This document shows, in pieces, positions 10,619 through 23,409 of a DNA stretch of 64,000 nt. The DNA is from Eledone cirrhosa. Lineage: Eukaryota. Within the stretch, counting starts at the first letter, position 1, and the number at the start of each line of letters is the position of its first letter. The stretch spans positions 16,616,001 to 16,680,000 of the forward strand of contig OZ024749.1 in the NCBI GenBank assembly GCA_964016885.1, given 5' to 3'. The position numbers were made by a program, and so were the translations under genes. Below the pieces are notes generated by a model, which was not told the origin of the DNA, ran no database searches, and worked only from the letters and a program-made list of their open reading frames with translations.

Positions 10619-11372
10619 CTAGCAGTGGTACCCGGGATTGCACGGGATAAGGTATTTTGGAACGTGGTCTGCCAACAGACCTAATCGTGGAAAAACTGCA
10701 TGCCTGAACAATTTGTAAAGAAAATAAACCGAATACTCTGATGGCTGTCACGCCTCCAAAAAGCCCTAAAAAGCTGAAAAAAAAATGAAGTTTTTCACCT
10801 AATGCGGGCCCTAGGCCATAAAAAAGTTGGATTTTCTTTGCTTACGGTATGAAGAAGAGACTGACTAATACATAGTTACAATTTCAAGGAAATCGGTCTG
10901 ACATGACGCCTCAAAAAAACGCAGTTTTTCACCTAATGCGGGCCCTAGGAGACAAAATGTTGAATGTGCATATCACTCCCTGAAACATAGTACACATGTA
11001 AAGTTTGAAAAAAATCGGTTGGGTACTTCTCGAGTTTTAGGGATTCAAACTCACATACACACACACACATCCTCAGGGAAGTGACGTAATGCAGACAGCC
11101 AGACATACAGACAGATATTATAAGGGCGTAACGTTATATGTATGTATCTATCTAAAAAGAGAAAGACTCAGAATTATAGAGCGAGATCGCTAAATCGCCC
11201 AATGCGGTCCCTAGGGCATAGAAAATTTGAAATTGTTTTTGCTCAGAACACTCCCTGAAACATAAGTATTACATGTGTAAAGTTTGAAAACAGTCGGTTG
11301 GGTAGTTCTCGAGTTTTAGGGATTCAAACTCACACACACACAGACAGACATCCTCATTTTTATATATATAGA
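10619..11372 (-). mobile_element. Non-autonomous Helitron
   Basis: Minus strand starts A|TCTATATATATAAAAATG and ends cccgtgcaatcccgggtaccactgCTAG|T (hairpin plus CTAG), with no TSD. The paralogous site near 47330 is empty. Confidence 0.8.
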
Positions 11373-11511
11373 TATATACACACACGTGTATATATATATA
11401 TATATATGGGCCTTCCAGTTTCACATTCATTATGTACATGTCTGTATAAAATTATTTTGAGGTGAACATTACCCAATGGGTCACAGGTGGTCTACATACA
11501 TATATATGTGA

Positions 11512-11921
11512 GGAGGCACGTGTCCTAGTGGTAAGGGTGTTGGACTTACGATCATAATGTCGTGGGCTCGATTCCTGGGTTGCGTGTTGTGTTCTTGAGC
11601 AAACCACTTCATTTTACGTATACTCAGCTGAAAATGAGTACCAGCAATAGCTGGAGGTTTAACCTGCAATGGACTGGTGTCCTGTCCTGGGAGAAGTCTT
11701 GTACTCTCACTTGCTTAATATATACTTTACATAACCCTGTGATGGACTGGTGTCCTGTCCAGGGGGTGTCTTGTACTGTCAGCTGCTTAATATATACTTT
11801 ACATAACCCTGCGGTGGACTGGTGTCCTGACCAGGGGGAGTCTTGTACTCTCAGTCGATTCACGCCATGAAACCGGGATAAGCTCCGGCCAAATGAGCCT
11901 TCTGGCTTAAGACAGACTTTA
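11512..11921 (+). mobile_element. tRNA-derived SINE with an internal 72-bp triplication
   Basis: Head ggaggcacgtgtcctagtggtaaggg with B box ggctcgattcc. Repeats aaccctgyrrtggactggtgtcc start at about 11661, 11733 and 11805. Confidence 0.75.
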
Positions 11922-12383
11922 GATATATATATTTCTATATATTTATATCAAGCAAGAATTTGTTGGTGATTCCTCTCTCTTCCACAGAATCTCTGTATTG
12001 GACAACAAGACTCAGTAGAGTGTCTCCTTCATATGTTGGACTACCTCAACACCAACGATCCTCTCACAGGTAAGTACATATCCATCAAAACTGGAGGTGA
12101 ACCAATTATCAAAGTACTTCAACATCTTTTTAACTGTTTTATCACTACAGAAAAAAGCCCAGTCATGTTCAAGGAAGCATGGATATTTGTACTCTACAAA
12201 AAGGTAGCAGACTTGATTGTAGGAACTATTGTCCTATCAGCCTATTAACCCTTTAATGTTCAAACCGGACAAAACCGGCCAGAATTCTCTACATCTTTGT
12301 GTTGAAACTGGCTGTAACTGGTCGCTCAAACTGATGTTATGGTATTGTTCTCAAAATAAATACATTCAAAATCTCATAGATTC

Positions 12384-13520
12384 AATATTATGTAAGATAA
12401 AGCCTTTACTGTGAAAATACAATAGTATATATAGAGTAAAGTAAATGTTATGTGAGATATTATGTAAGATAAAGCCTTTACTGTCAAAATACAATAGTGT
12501 ATATAGAGTAGTGTAAATGTTATGAGAGATATTATGTGAAGTAAAGCCTTTACTGTGAAAATACAATAATATATATGGAGTAATGTAAATGTTATGTGAG
12601 ATATTATGTGAGGTAAAGTCTTTACTGTGAAAATACAATAGTACATATACCGAGTAATGTAGATGTTGAGATATTATGTGAGGTAAAGCCTTTACTGTGA
12701 AAATATAATTGTATCTACTTTTGGCACAAGGCCAGTAATTATCCCAGTACTTTACTGGTACTTTATTTTATCGACCCCGTAAGGATGAAAGGCAAAGTAA
12801 ACCTCGGCAGGAATTGAACTCAGATCGTGAAAATATAATAGTATGTATTGAGTAATGTAAATGTTATGTGAGATATTATGTGAGGTAAAGCCTTTACTGT
12901 GAATACAATGGTATCATCATCATCATCATCGTTTAACGTCCATGTTCCACGCTTGCATGGGTTTGGACGGGATTTTTCCCACTTGAGGCAAGAGTGGTTG
13001 TCTTGCTCGCATAGGACTGTCTGGCGGGTTTTCTACAGCTGGATGCCCTTCCTAACACCAACCACATTTACAGTGTATATAGAGTAATGTAAATGTTATG
13101 TGAGATATTATGTGAGGTAAAGCCTTTACTGTGAATACAATAGTATATATATAGTAATGTAAATGTTATGTGAGATCTTATGTGAGGTAAAGACTTTGCT
13201 GTGAAAATACAATAGTATATATAGAATAATGTAAATGTTATGTGAGATATTATGTGAGGTAAAGCCTTTACTGTGAATACAATAGTATATATATAGTAAT
13301 GTAAATGTTATGTGAGATCTTATGTGAGGTAAAGACTTTGCTGTGAAAATACAATAGTATATATAGAGTAATGTAAATGTTATGTGAGATATTATGTGAG
13401 GTAAAGCCTTTACTGTGAAAATACAATAGTATATATAGAGTAATGTAAATGTTATGTGAGATATTATGTGAGGTAAAGTCTTTACTGTGAAAATACAATT
13501 GTATATATAGAGTAATGTAA
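12384..13520 (+). repeat. 72-bp minisatellite array (copy 1) containing inserted SINE and RTE 3'-UTR pieces
   Basis: Monomer tactgtgaaaatacaatagtatatatagagtaatgtaaatgttatgtgagatattatgtgaggtaaagcctt. Follows the TTAA-CCCTTT element that starts at 12245. Confidence 0.95.
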
Positions 13521-13804
13521 AGCTTCTCTTCCTCTCTCTCTAGAAAGCCAGATCCTTTCTCAACCATGGAACCATGTATTACGTGATGTCCTGTTTAGGG
13601 GTCACAAACTGTCAGATTTCTCTGACCCTATACTTTCGCTCATCATTAAGGTAAAGTCTCCCTTTATTTATATCCCTGCTTTGTGTGGTTGGTGTTAGGA
13701 AGGGCCTCCAGCTGTAAAATACCCAACAGTCCTCACCAGAGCAAAGCGCAATGGGGCCAACTATGGCCAGACTGCCTCCTTCACTGTGTTTATCACCAGA
13801 ACTA

Positions 13805-14139
13805 TCATCATCATCATTTTACGTCCGCTTTTCTCTGCTTGCAAGGGTGGGATAGGAACTGATTCTGGCTTGATTTCTACAGCTGGATGCGCTTCCTAAC
13901 ACCAACCTCATTTACAGTGAGTGCTGGGTGCTTTTTTGCCGTGGCACCTCCACGACCACTTTGCAGTGGAATGATAGGGACCCCAGTCCTATCATCTCAT
14001 TTCTACAGCTGAGTAAACTGGAGCAATGTGAAATAAAGTGTCTTGCTCAAGGAAACAACACATCACCTGGTCTGAGAATTGACCTCACAACCTTTCGATT
14101 GCAAAGACAGTGCTCTAACCACTAAGCCATGTTCTTCCA
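13805..14139 (-). mobile_element. tRNA-derived SINE with RTE-derived 3' tail
   Basis: Reverse complement of the 21895-22228 family. Confidence 0.85.
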
Positions 14140-14179
14140 TGTATATATATATATATATATATACATAAAAGATTAAAAA

Positions 14180-14485
14180 AAGATGGTATGTTCACAGCCA
14201 CTCTATGAAGAACTAGAGAACTCAACAACACTGGCCAATAAAATCTGGCAGCTTAAGGACACAAACCAGGAATATGGGATTAGCTGGTCGAAATTTAATT
14301 ACCGCCCACCTCCACATCTTGTGTATATAACATAGCGATTTGTTTCCCTATATATGCCTGTGTCTACCATTCCTTCATAAACCAGTTCCTAGATCACGAT
14401 CACAACACCATCATCCTGAAATAACATATCCACCAGATGCTGAAGAATGCACACATCATGTTAAAAGCTGATCAAATCCAATCAG
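14180..14485 (+). mobile_element. Penelope-like element 3' remnant
   Basis: Translates NSTTLANKIWQLKDTNQEYGISWS, similar to the GIY-YIG C-terminus at 40.35-40.42 kb. Paralog at 28.07-28.26 kb. Confidence 0.55.
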
Positions 14486-14895
14486 GTATATATATATATG
14501 TATGTGTGTATGTGTGTCTGTGTGTATATGTGTGTGTGTATATATATGTGTGTGTGTGTATATATATATATGTGTGTGTGTGTGTGTATATAATAAATAA
14601 TGTATATAATCTTCGCCTACTCATGATTAAAACTTCTACTTTGCATGCTTACAACTGTAGCTGGCAGCTGTGATATTGACAAGAATGTAGTACTCAATAT
14701 AGCGTGCATGATAGAGAGTAGCATTGAGAAGGGGAAAATGCATAATGAAAAACACACCAATATATATATAGTATATATACTACATACATACTATATATAT
14801 ATATATATATAAAAGGTAAACAGAAATAACAACACAATCAGTACAGTACACGGAAGGGATATATTAGGTTAACGATTGATATAGCAGGAAGAGGG

Positions 14896-14931
14896 TCTTA
14901 ACGTTTCGGACGCTAGTCCTTCATCAGAAGA
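14896..14931 (-). ncRNA. Minimal type-I hammerhead ribozyme motif (Penelope-type repeat)
   Basis: TCTT-CTGATGA-a-GGAC tagc GTCC-GAAAC GTT-AAGA, with palindromic stem III. Related copies at 46992-47027 and 10113-10148 (GAAA mutated). Confidence 0.75.
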
Positions 14932-15289
14932 AAGAATGAGAAATAAAATAGATTGAGGGGACGGGTGGGATGGAATTGGAAAAAATGTCTTTAGATAAAA
15001 ATACCAGGTCCATTCATGTTGACATCTCTTGCAAAACTATACATATATATATAAATATCAATGATATTAATAAATGGAAACTATATTTATAAAACCATAT
15101 TTATTCTATTATATGTATTTCAAGGGTTCCAAAATGTTGGTACGTTCTCATCAGATAAAATTAAAATGTTGTTTTATAAATAGTGACATACCCAGGAATG
15201 ATACCTTAACGGTTCAAGTTTCTTCTGGATAGTGAAAGAAAAGAGAGAAAAAGGGAAGAAAGGAAAAATCAAATATTCCAAATTATTTT

Positions 15290-16088
<799 letters not shown>

Positions 16089-16804
16089 GATTTTTTCTTG
16101 AACAGAATATACAAATATTTTACTTGTGCTTTTACTTATATTATATTCCTAAAACTATTTCTTCTTCTATATTTCCCTCACCTGTGATTTCAGTTAATAT
16201 CTGAAGATAATACAAACTTATGTTTCATCCAAGTTTAGTTAAAATACAAAACCATCTTATAGTGAAGAAAATAACTCAGTTCTGAGGAAATATTTCACAG
16301 TAATTGAACTATAGATTTATATAAACAGTGTTATATAAGTTCTGTTTAAAATGTTTTAGTCTTCAAATGATGATAAATAGAGGTGATGTATCCGAGATTG
16401 AAAATAATAATTTATCCCAATGTCATCTGGTATTCTGAAATGAAAAAGAAACAGTATGAGATAATAGAGAACACTTTCGAAGCAGAGATAGATTTAACAG
16501 TGGAAATTTTATATTTCTATATTGGTAAACTGTAGATATCAACTTTCCTGTCCAGAGAAATTCTCTCCAATGTAAGCAGTGGTATTCCAGCAAGCTCTGT
16601 AAATTATATCCTTCGATCTCTTGGGAGGTCTGCTCTATGGCAGTTTAGAGAAAAATTCATTCTGATAGGAATTTCTAACATAGCTACCATCTTCGCTCCT
16701 GGTGACATGTCAACACCTGTTTAACATATGCATATATAAATATATATATACATCCACATGCACATATACACATATATACACATATACATACATATATATA
16801 CATA

Positions 16805-17104
16805 CACCACCCCTTTCAATGTAAAGTTATGTTGGTACCACAACATCCAGGCCGAAACAAATGAGGTCGTGTAGATGTCACGACAAAAAAACACACAGTC
16901 CACCCTGTAATGTGGCCGTGTAGGTAACACGGTAAAAACCTCCTAGTTCCACACTGTAAATGTGGTTGGTGTTAGGAAGGGCATCCAGCCGTAGAAAACC
17001 CGCCAGACAGTCCTATGCGAGCAAGACAACCACTCTTGCCTCAAGTGGGAAAACTCCCGTCCAAACCCATGCAAGCGTGGAATATTGACGTTAAACGATG
17101 ATGA
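16805..17104 (+). mobile_element. RTE LINE 3' UTR fragment with (ATG)n tail
   Basis: Reverse complement of the 3' UTR at 34068-34350. Confidence 0.8.
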
Positions 17105-17159
17105 TATATATATATACATATATACATATATATACATATATATATACATATATATATAC

Positions 17160-17807
17160 ATAATAACTAGAAATTGATTAACATATATATAAATAAATAT
17201 AAACATGAATAATCACAGGAGATAATTTTTACAAGCGTGTAACCACGCATGGCTAGTAGGTAACAAATAAATAAAATTAACTAGAACTTCAAAAATAGAT
17301 ACCTTTTAATGATTAATCTTCCCTGAATATATTCCATTAAAGAAATATATTTCACCAATTAATCAGATGGTAAGTCACAGAAAGTGGATATTATTGGATT
17401 ATCAACAAGGAAGAACAATATTCCAGCAATCCATGCTTACACGGCGAGTCAAAATCTTCAACTGGCCGCTACCACGTGTTGTTTTTACACATCGCAGCGG
17501 CTTCGTCTCAGATTTTGACTCGCCGTGTAAGCATGGATTGATGGAATATTGTTCTTCCTTGTTGATAATCCAATAATATCCACTTTCTGTGACTTAGCAT
17601 CTGATTAATTGGTGAAATATATTTCTTTAATGGAATATATTCAGGGAAGATTAATCATTAAAAGGTATCTATTTTTGAAGTTCTAGTTAATTTTATTTAT
17701 TTGTTACCTACTAGCCATGCGTGGCTACACGCTTGTAAAAATTATCTCCTGTGATTATTCATGTTTATATTTATTTATATATATGTTAATCAATTTCTAG
17801 TTATTAT
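17160..17807. repeat. Long palindrome: 298-bp arms, 52-nt spacer
   Basis: 17160-17457 versus 17510-17807, with 3 mismatches seen by eye. Confidence 0.95.
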
Positions 17808-18477
17808 AAAATGCTCGGACCTACAAAATCTTTGAGCTTATTTTCCGGGCGATATGGCATGACACCCACAATTTCGATTTGGATTAAATTCATTTAATTT
17901 ATCTTAATTTTGGATATAGATATATATATAGATATATACATACATATATACATATGTATGTATATATATATATACATACATACATATATACATAGTTGTC
18001 GATAACCCTATTCATGCTACTGGCACGAAGCTGGTAAGATATGTGTATTTTTAGTAAATACAGCATGTGTTACTGACCAGTCGCTTATTTGAATTTGATG
18101 CTTAAGTCCTCTTCCTTGTTGAAAATCCAGGATCCGGCTACTGTCGTTTACCAATCGATTAATTGGTGAAATATATTTCTTTAATGGAATATATACAAGG
18201 AAGATTAATCAATTTATAAGGTTAATCACTTTTAATCAATTTTATCTTTGAAGTTCTAGTTAAACTTTATTTAGTTACCTATATAGCTGTGTGTGCTTAC
18301 ACAGTTTTACAAATTATTCCGTGATTGTTTCATATGTTTATTTTAGATAAATTTATGTCAATTAATTTCTAGTTGGTATAAAATGCTCGGATCTATTCAT
18401 TGGAATCTTGGAGCATATTTTACAGATGATATGGTGCATGTCTATCTGACATGCCACCCTTAATTTAACTTAATTTT

Positions 18478-18520
<43 letters not shown>

Positions 18521-18682
18521 CACATATATATATACATATACACATATATATATACATATACACATATATATACATATATATATATACATATATACATATA
18601 TATACATATATATATATACATATATATACATATATATATATACATATATATACATATATATATATACATATACATATATATA

Positions 18683-18802
18683 CATTTCTAAATGCTTTTC
18701 AAAAATAATTTTGAGATAGAGTGTCCGTGCTGTTTGCTCTGATCAGAGCAAACAGCACGGACACTCTATCTCAAAATTATTTTTGAAAAGCATTTAGAAA
18801 TG
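18683..18802. repeat. Perfect 120-bp palindrome with no spacer
   Basis: 60-bp arms centred on gctctga|tcagagc (18742/18743). Confidence 0.97.
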
Positions 18803-19269
18803 CGCAACCGGTAAAAACTTAAAAACTTAAAACCACAACTGAATACTAACCCATACAATCACTAATACTCTTTTATTCCTAATTAAACCATTTTTCAACT
18901 GTGAACAATTTGTCAGCATTTTCTATTCCGTTTACCAATATATAATAACTTGTGTGTTACACCTCTATTCTTTTAACTATATATACATATATATATATAT
19001 ACTTATATATATATATATATATACACACATATATATTTATATATATATACACATATTTATATTTATATATATATACACATAGTTATGTAATAAACAACAT
19101 AAGGCAATTATTTCATTTACCAGTGGTTTCTTAAAAGCAAAAAAATTTTGCTTTCAATCATCAGAATGAAAAAATCCTGGAGTATTTATTGACGTTGGAT
19201 TTTAAAAACAAAAATGCAATCTATATGAAAGTGAGGCTGGAAAAGGAAGAAGGAAAGGAAAAATAAAAT

Positions 19270-19924
19270 AAAAACACACATGCAAACACACACACACACA
19301 CAATTATATACATACACACATATATATATATATACATACACACATACATACATACATACACACACACATATGTGTATATATATACATACACATACATACA
19401 TACACACACACATATATGTGTATATATATACATACACACATCCACACGTAAATATCAACATATCCATACATACACATACATATATACAACCACACACACA
19501 TATATATATATATACACATACACATACATATACATACACATACATATAATCATACGTATATACACACGTACATACATACACACATATATACACGCATACA
19601 TACGCATGCACAAAAATAGAAATATATACACACACCTCTACATACTCACACGCACAAATAAATATAAGAAAAAATATATAATAATAAAAAAACATAAAAA
19701 TGAATATAAAGACTATTATAATGTTGACAGCGATACAGGCAACAAATAAATGTACAAACACGTGGTAAGCAATACACACAAATGCACGTACACATACATA
19801 CGTAAAAATAAATACGTACACACACTCTCACACATAAATATACATATACAAATACATAAACACATACATACGCATACACAAATACATACACACACACTCA
19901 CATATACATATATACACACACACA
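19270..19924. repeat. Compound (TA)n/(CA)n/(TACA)n microsatellite
   Basis: Low-complexity tract. Similar tracts occur at 18480-18682, 22640-22920, 28298-28475, 33850-34066, 40950-41170, 42335-42478, 46624-46747 and 58712-58920. Confidence 0.95.
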
Positions 19925-20303
19925 AAGCATGCTCCGTTGGATGTGCAGTGTAAATGTGCGTGAACGACCCAGCATAAATGTGTTGAGAGAGAAACTGTGT
20001 CTGAGAGGGATAGAATGTAGTGTACGGGAGAGGAGACTGAGGTGGTATGGACATGTGATGCGCATGGAGGATGACCGATGGGTGAAGAAGTGCCAGGAAA
20101 TGCCAGTTGAAGGAAGACGTGGTAGAGGTAGACCACGAAAAACATGGGCGGAGGTGGTGAGAACAGACCTCAGATCATTGAAGCTCACGGTGGAGATGAC
20201 GAGGGACCGTGACGAGTGGAGAGATGCTGTGCTGAATAAGACCCGTCCCACCCTTGCAAGCAGGGAAAAGCGGACGTAAAATGATGATGATGATGATGAT
20301 GAT
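19925..20303 (+). mobile_element. 5'-truncated RTE LINE 3' end with (ATG)n tail
   Basis: MLRWMC..RRLRWYGHVMR..RGRPRKTW followed by cccacccttgcaagcagggaaaagcggacgtaaa(atg)n. Confidence 0.9.
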
Positions 20304-20482
20304 ATACACACATACATACATAACCATACAAATATACCATACATATACATACATATCACAAACACATACATACAAATACAAACACACATATATGTGTGTA
20401 AAACTCATTCTTAGATAATTCATATAAACCTTATTTAACTCTAAAATATATATATATATTATATATATATATATATATATAC

Positions 20483-20755
20483 TGTTATACTTTGGGAGGG
20501 TCATGTTGCCAATAAGAAACACACGCACCAGTTGTTTTCACTTCAATTTATTATAATAAATTTATAAATTTACGGTTGGTTGGTTGGTTCCACAACCAGA
20601 TGGTTGTTTATATATTGTCAAAGTTCTTTCGTCACACATTATGTGACCTCTTCAGTGACTGGGGATTCTTTTCTTTGTTTTTGTGCCTCTCCTTTGTTCT
20701 GTCCTACGCCATCTTGTTTCTGTGTGTGGCAACATGACCCTCCCAAAGTATAACA
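20483..20755 (-). mobile_element. Penelope-like terminal-repeat remnant with 29-bp inverted ends and a hammerhead motif (20617-20659)
   Basis: Homologous to the 3' end of the GIY-YIG element at 46.35-46.6 kb. 20483-20511 and 20727-20755 are inverted. Minus strand reads GTCA-CTGAAGA-g-GTCACAT aat GTGTGAC-GAAAG AA CTT-TGAC. Confidence 0.75.
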
Positions 20756-20828
20756 ATATCGGTTTCAACACACGTTTTCAGATAAAGAATCTTGCTAAAC
20801 AAATTCAGAAACGAAATATATATATATA

Positions 20829-21557
20829 TAAATCTTTCGTTAACTACTTTTCCCATCTTGACGTTATAGTCGCATATATGTTATAGAATGCCGTTAGCTT
20901 CTTGCTAAAACAATCTCTATACCTCTCATTTATATTTATACTCGGATTCTTTTCCTAGAGTGCTTAAACTATCTGTGACTAATCCCGGTTTTTTTCATAA
21001 AAACTGTGATAATTATTGCTATTTTGCTGAACTCCTTTGTAGAGTTTTTTTTCAGAATGTATTTGACTGCTATATCTTGTAAATAAACATTCACTTTCAT
21101 CCTGACGTCACTAGCCCCGTTTTTTCCTCATGTGCTTTTTCATAAATACACATGAAGGCGAACTAGCCAGTTTTAGAATTCCCTTTTTCGGATTATATTA
21201 CTGTGAGAGCCCTGGTTTATGTTGAGCTCTGCTGATGAATGAAATTCCAACCGTGACCATCTCCACTGAAAGTTTTCATGAAATAGTCTTTTAAGACTAT
21301 ACAGAGCATTTGATGTTATTCCAAATTGAAGGATAAGTGTTTCAAACTTTATTTTATCATGAGTTAAAGGTCTATAGATTTTTCCCTGGATTTTACTAAA
21401 TTCTGTGGATGAATTTATATCCTGATTCTCTTTTGAGATGAGTTTGAGTTATTTTTCCTAAATCTTTCGTTAACTACTTTTCCCATCTTGACGTTATAGT
21501 TGCATATATGTTATAGAATGCCGTTAGCTTCTTGCTAAAACAATCTCTATACCTCTC

Positions 21558-21565
<8 letters not shown>
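20829..21565 (+). mobile_element. 630-bp-period partial tandem repeat (Penelope pLTR or retrozyme-like) carrying a hammerhead
   Basis: 20829-20935 is repeated at 21459-21565, and the whole is flanked by (TA)n. Confidence 0.65.
21226..21307 (+). ncRNA. Complete type-I hammerhead ribozyme
   Basis: Stem I GCTCTG/CAGAGC, core CTGATGA, stem II ATGAAA/TTTCAT, GAAA, stem III ATAGTCT/AGACTAT. Predicted AUA cleavage after 21301. Confidence 0.85.
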
Positions 21566-21622
<57 letters not shown>

Positions 21623-21894
21623 CACATATATACACACACATACATACATACTCACATACACTTATATACCTACACACACATATATACATACACGTACGTA
21701 CATACACACACACACACATATATACATATATAACTAAATATATATATATATGAGAAAGAACATAATTATTATATATATATATAAAAAATAAATATTGTAT
21801 ATATAAAAAAAGATGGAAGATGGACATTAAACGATGATGATGATGATGATATATATATATACGCATATATATAATTATATATATGTATATATAT

Positions 21895-22228
21895 GGAGGC
21901 ACATGGCTTAGTGGTTAGAGCATTGGCCTTGCAATCGAAAGGTTGTGAGTTCAATTCTCAGACCGGGTGATGTGTTGTTTCCTTGAGCAAGACACTTTAT
22001 TTCACATTGCTCCAGTTTACTCAGCTGTAGAAATGAGATGATAGGGACTGGGGTCCGTATCATTCCACTGCAAAGTGGTCGTGGAGGTGCCACGGAAAAA
22101 AAAGTACCCAGCACTCACTGTAAATGAGGTTGGTGTTAGGAAGGGCATCCAGCTGTAGAAATCAATCCAGAATCAGTTCCCGTCCCACTCTTGCAAGCAG
22201 GGAAAAAGCGAACGTAAAATGAAATGAA
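21895..22228 (+). mobile_element. tRNA-derived SINE with RTE-derived 3' tail (full length)
   Basis: A box TGGCTTAGTGG, B box GAGTTCAATTC, central ccttgagcaagacactt. The 3' end matches the RTE tail at 20243-20285. Copies at 13805, 26376, 27715 and 47458 (all minus) and 22923 (partial). Confidence 0.85.
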
Positions 22229-22374
22229 TGATATATATATATCAATAACAAAGGAATTGTGGTAAGGAACCAGATGGACCATAACGCACCAGCGTACTCA
22301 ATACTTAGGGTAGTAGAGTGGGAAATAGGAAAAAGAATGGGGTCATGCTTTTTCCTATATATATACATACATAT

Positions 22375-22640
22375 AAACATATATGTAGAGGTTATATTTA
22401 ATTTGTTGGGATACAACAAGCAAAATATTTTTATAACTGATATAAAGCACTCAACAAATTATTGGAGTAAATATACAATATATTAACAAATGGAAACTAT
22501 ATTTATAAAACCATATTTATTTCAAGGGCCACCAAGGCAGATTATGGTGCACTTTCATCAGATAAAATATAATATAGATTAGTCTTATAAATAAATATTG
22601 ACATACCCTGAAAAATGCAACCTTCACGGTTGGAGTCATA
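22375..22640 (-). mobile_element. Penelope-like pLTR remnant (family of 38570-38830)
   Basis: Reverse-complement match. Hammerhead stem III and the cleavage site are deleted here. Another copy lies at 15060-15225. Confidence 0.7.
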
Positions 22641-23409
22641 TATACTTATATATATAAATATATATACATATATATACACATATATATATACATATATATA
22701 CACATATATATATACACATATATATATACATATATATATATACATGTTTATATATACATATATACATATATATATAAATACATATATATATACATATATA
22801 TATAAATACATATATATATATACATTTATATATAAATACATATATATATAAATACATATATATATAAATACATATATATATAAATACATATATATATAAA
22901 TACATATATATATATAAATACACGAAAAAGCACCCAGCACTCACTGTAAATGAGGTTGGTGTTAGGAAGGGCATCCAGCTGTAGAAATCAAGCCAAATCA
23001 GTTCCTGTATGAGCAAGGCATGGTCAGCCGACCAGACACTGCCCACAACAGGACAACCCGTCTAACCCATGCTAGCGTGGAAGAACGGACGTAAAATGGT
23101 GATGATGATGATGATGATGACATATATATATATACACATATATATATATACATATACATATATATACATATATACACATATATATATACATATATATACA
23201 TCCTGAGTCCTGTATTTTCGTTGCTGTGGTAATGCGGCTGGACTGCCGATCGCTATATTTGATTTGCTAAGCTGTCTAAACATATTGTTATTACTCCTGG
23301 GTATTAACCCCATCCGAGTGCTAAAGCTACATACCAAATTTGCATTCATTAGCTTCTCCGCAAACTAAAATTTGTATATATATATATACATATACATACA
23401 TATATATAT

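Noticed and set aside
12229-12414. Ankyrin-like peptide DKTGQNSLHLCVETGCNWSLKLML
   Set aside because: It is read from the terminus of the TTAA-CCCTTT repeat element, and the frame is not kept in the copies at 1052-1248 or 48026ff, so the resemblance is probably coincidental.
12384-13520. CRISPR-like regular repeats (also the 84-bp ZNF periodicity)
   Set aside because: These are head-to-tail monomers or coding finger repeats with no unique spacers and no cas genes, in a eukaryotic context.
14415-14480. CTGAAGA in the Penelope remnant (also near 28211)
   Set aside because: The GAAA box and stems are too degenerate to support a ribozyme call.
18460-19953. Many Y/I/M/C/V/H/T-rich ORFs here and throughout the window
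   Set aside because: They are artefacts of stop-free (TA)n/(CA)n/(TACA)n microsatellites.
21895-21970. tRNA gene
   Set aside because: The A/B boxes belong to a SINE head that continues into a conserved body and LINE-derived tail, in several dispersed copies.
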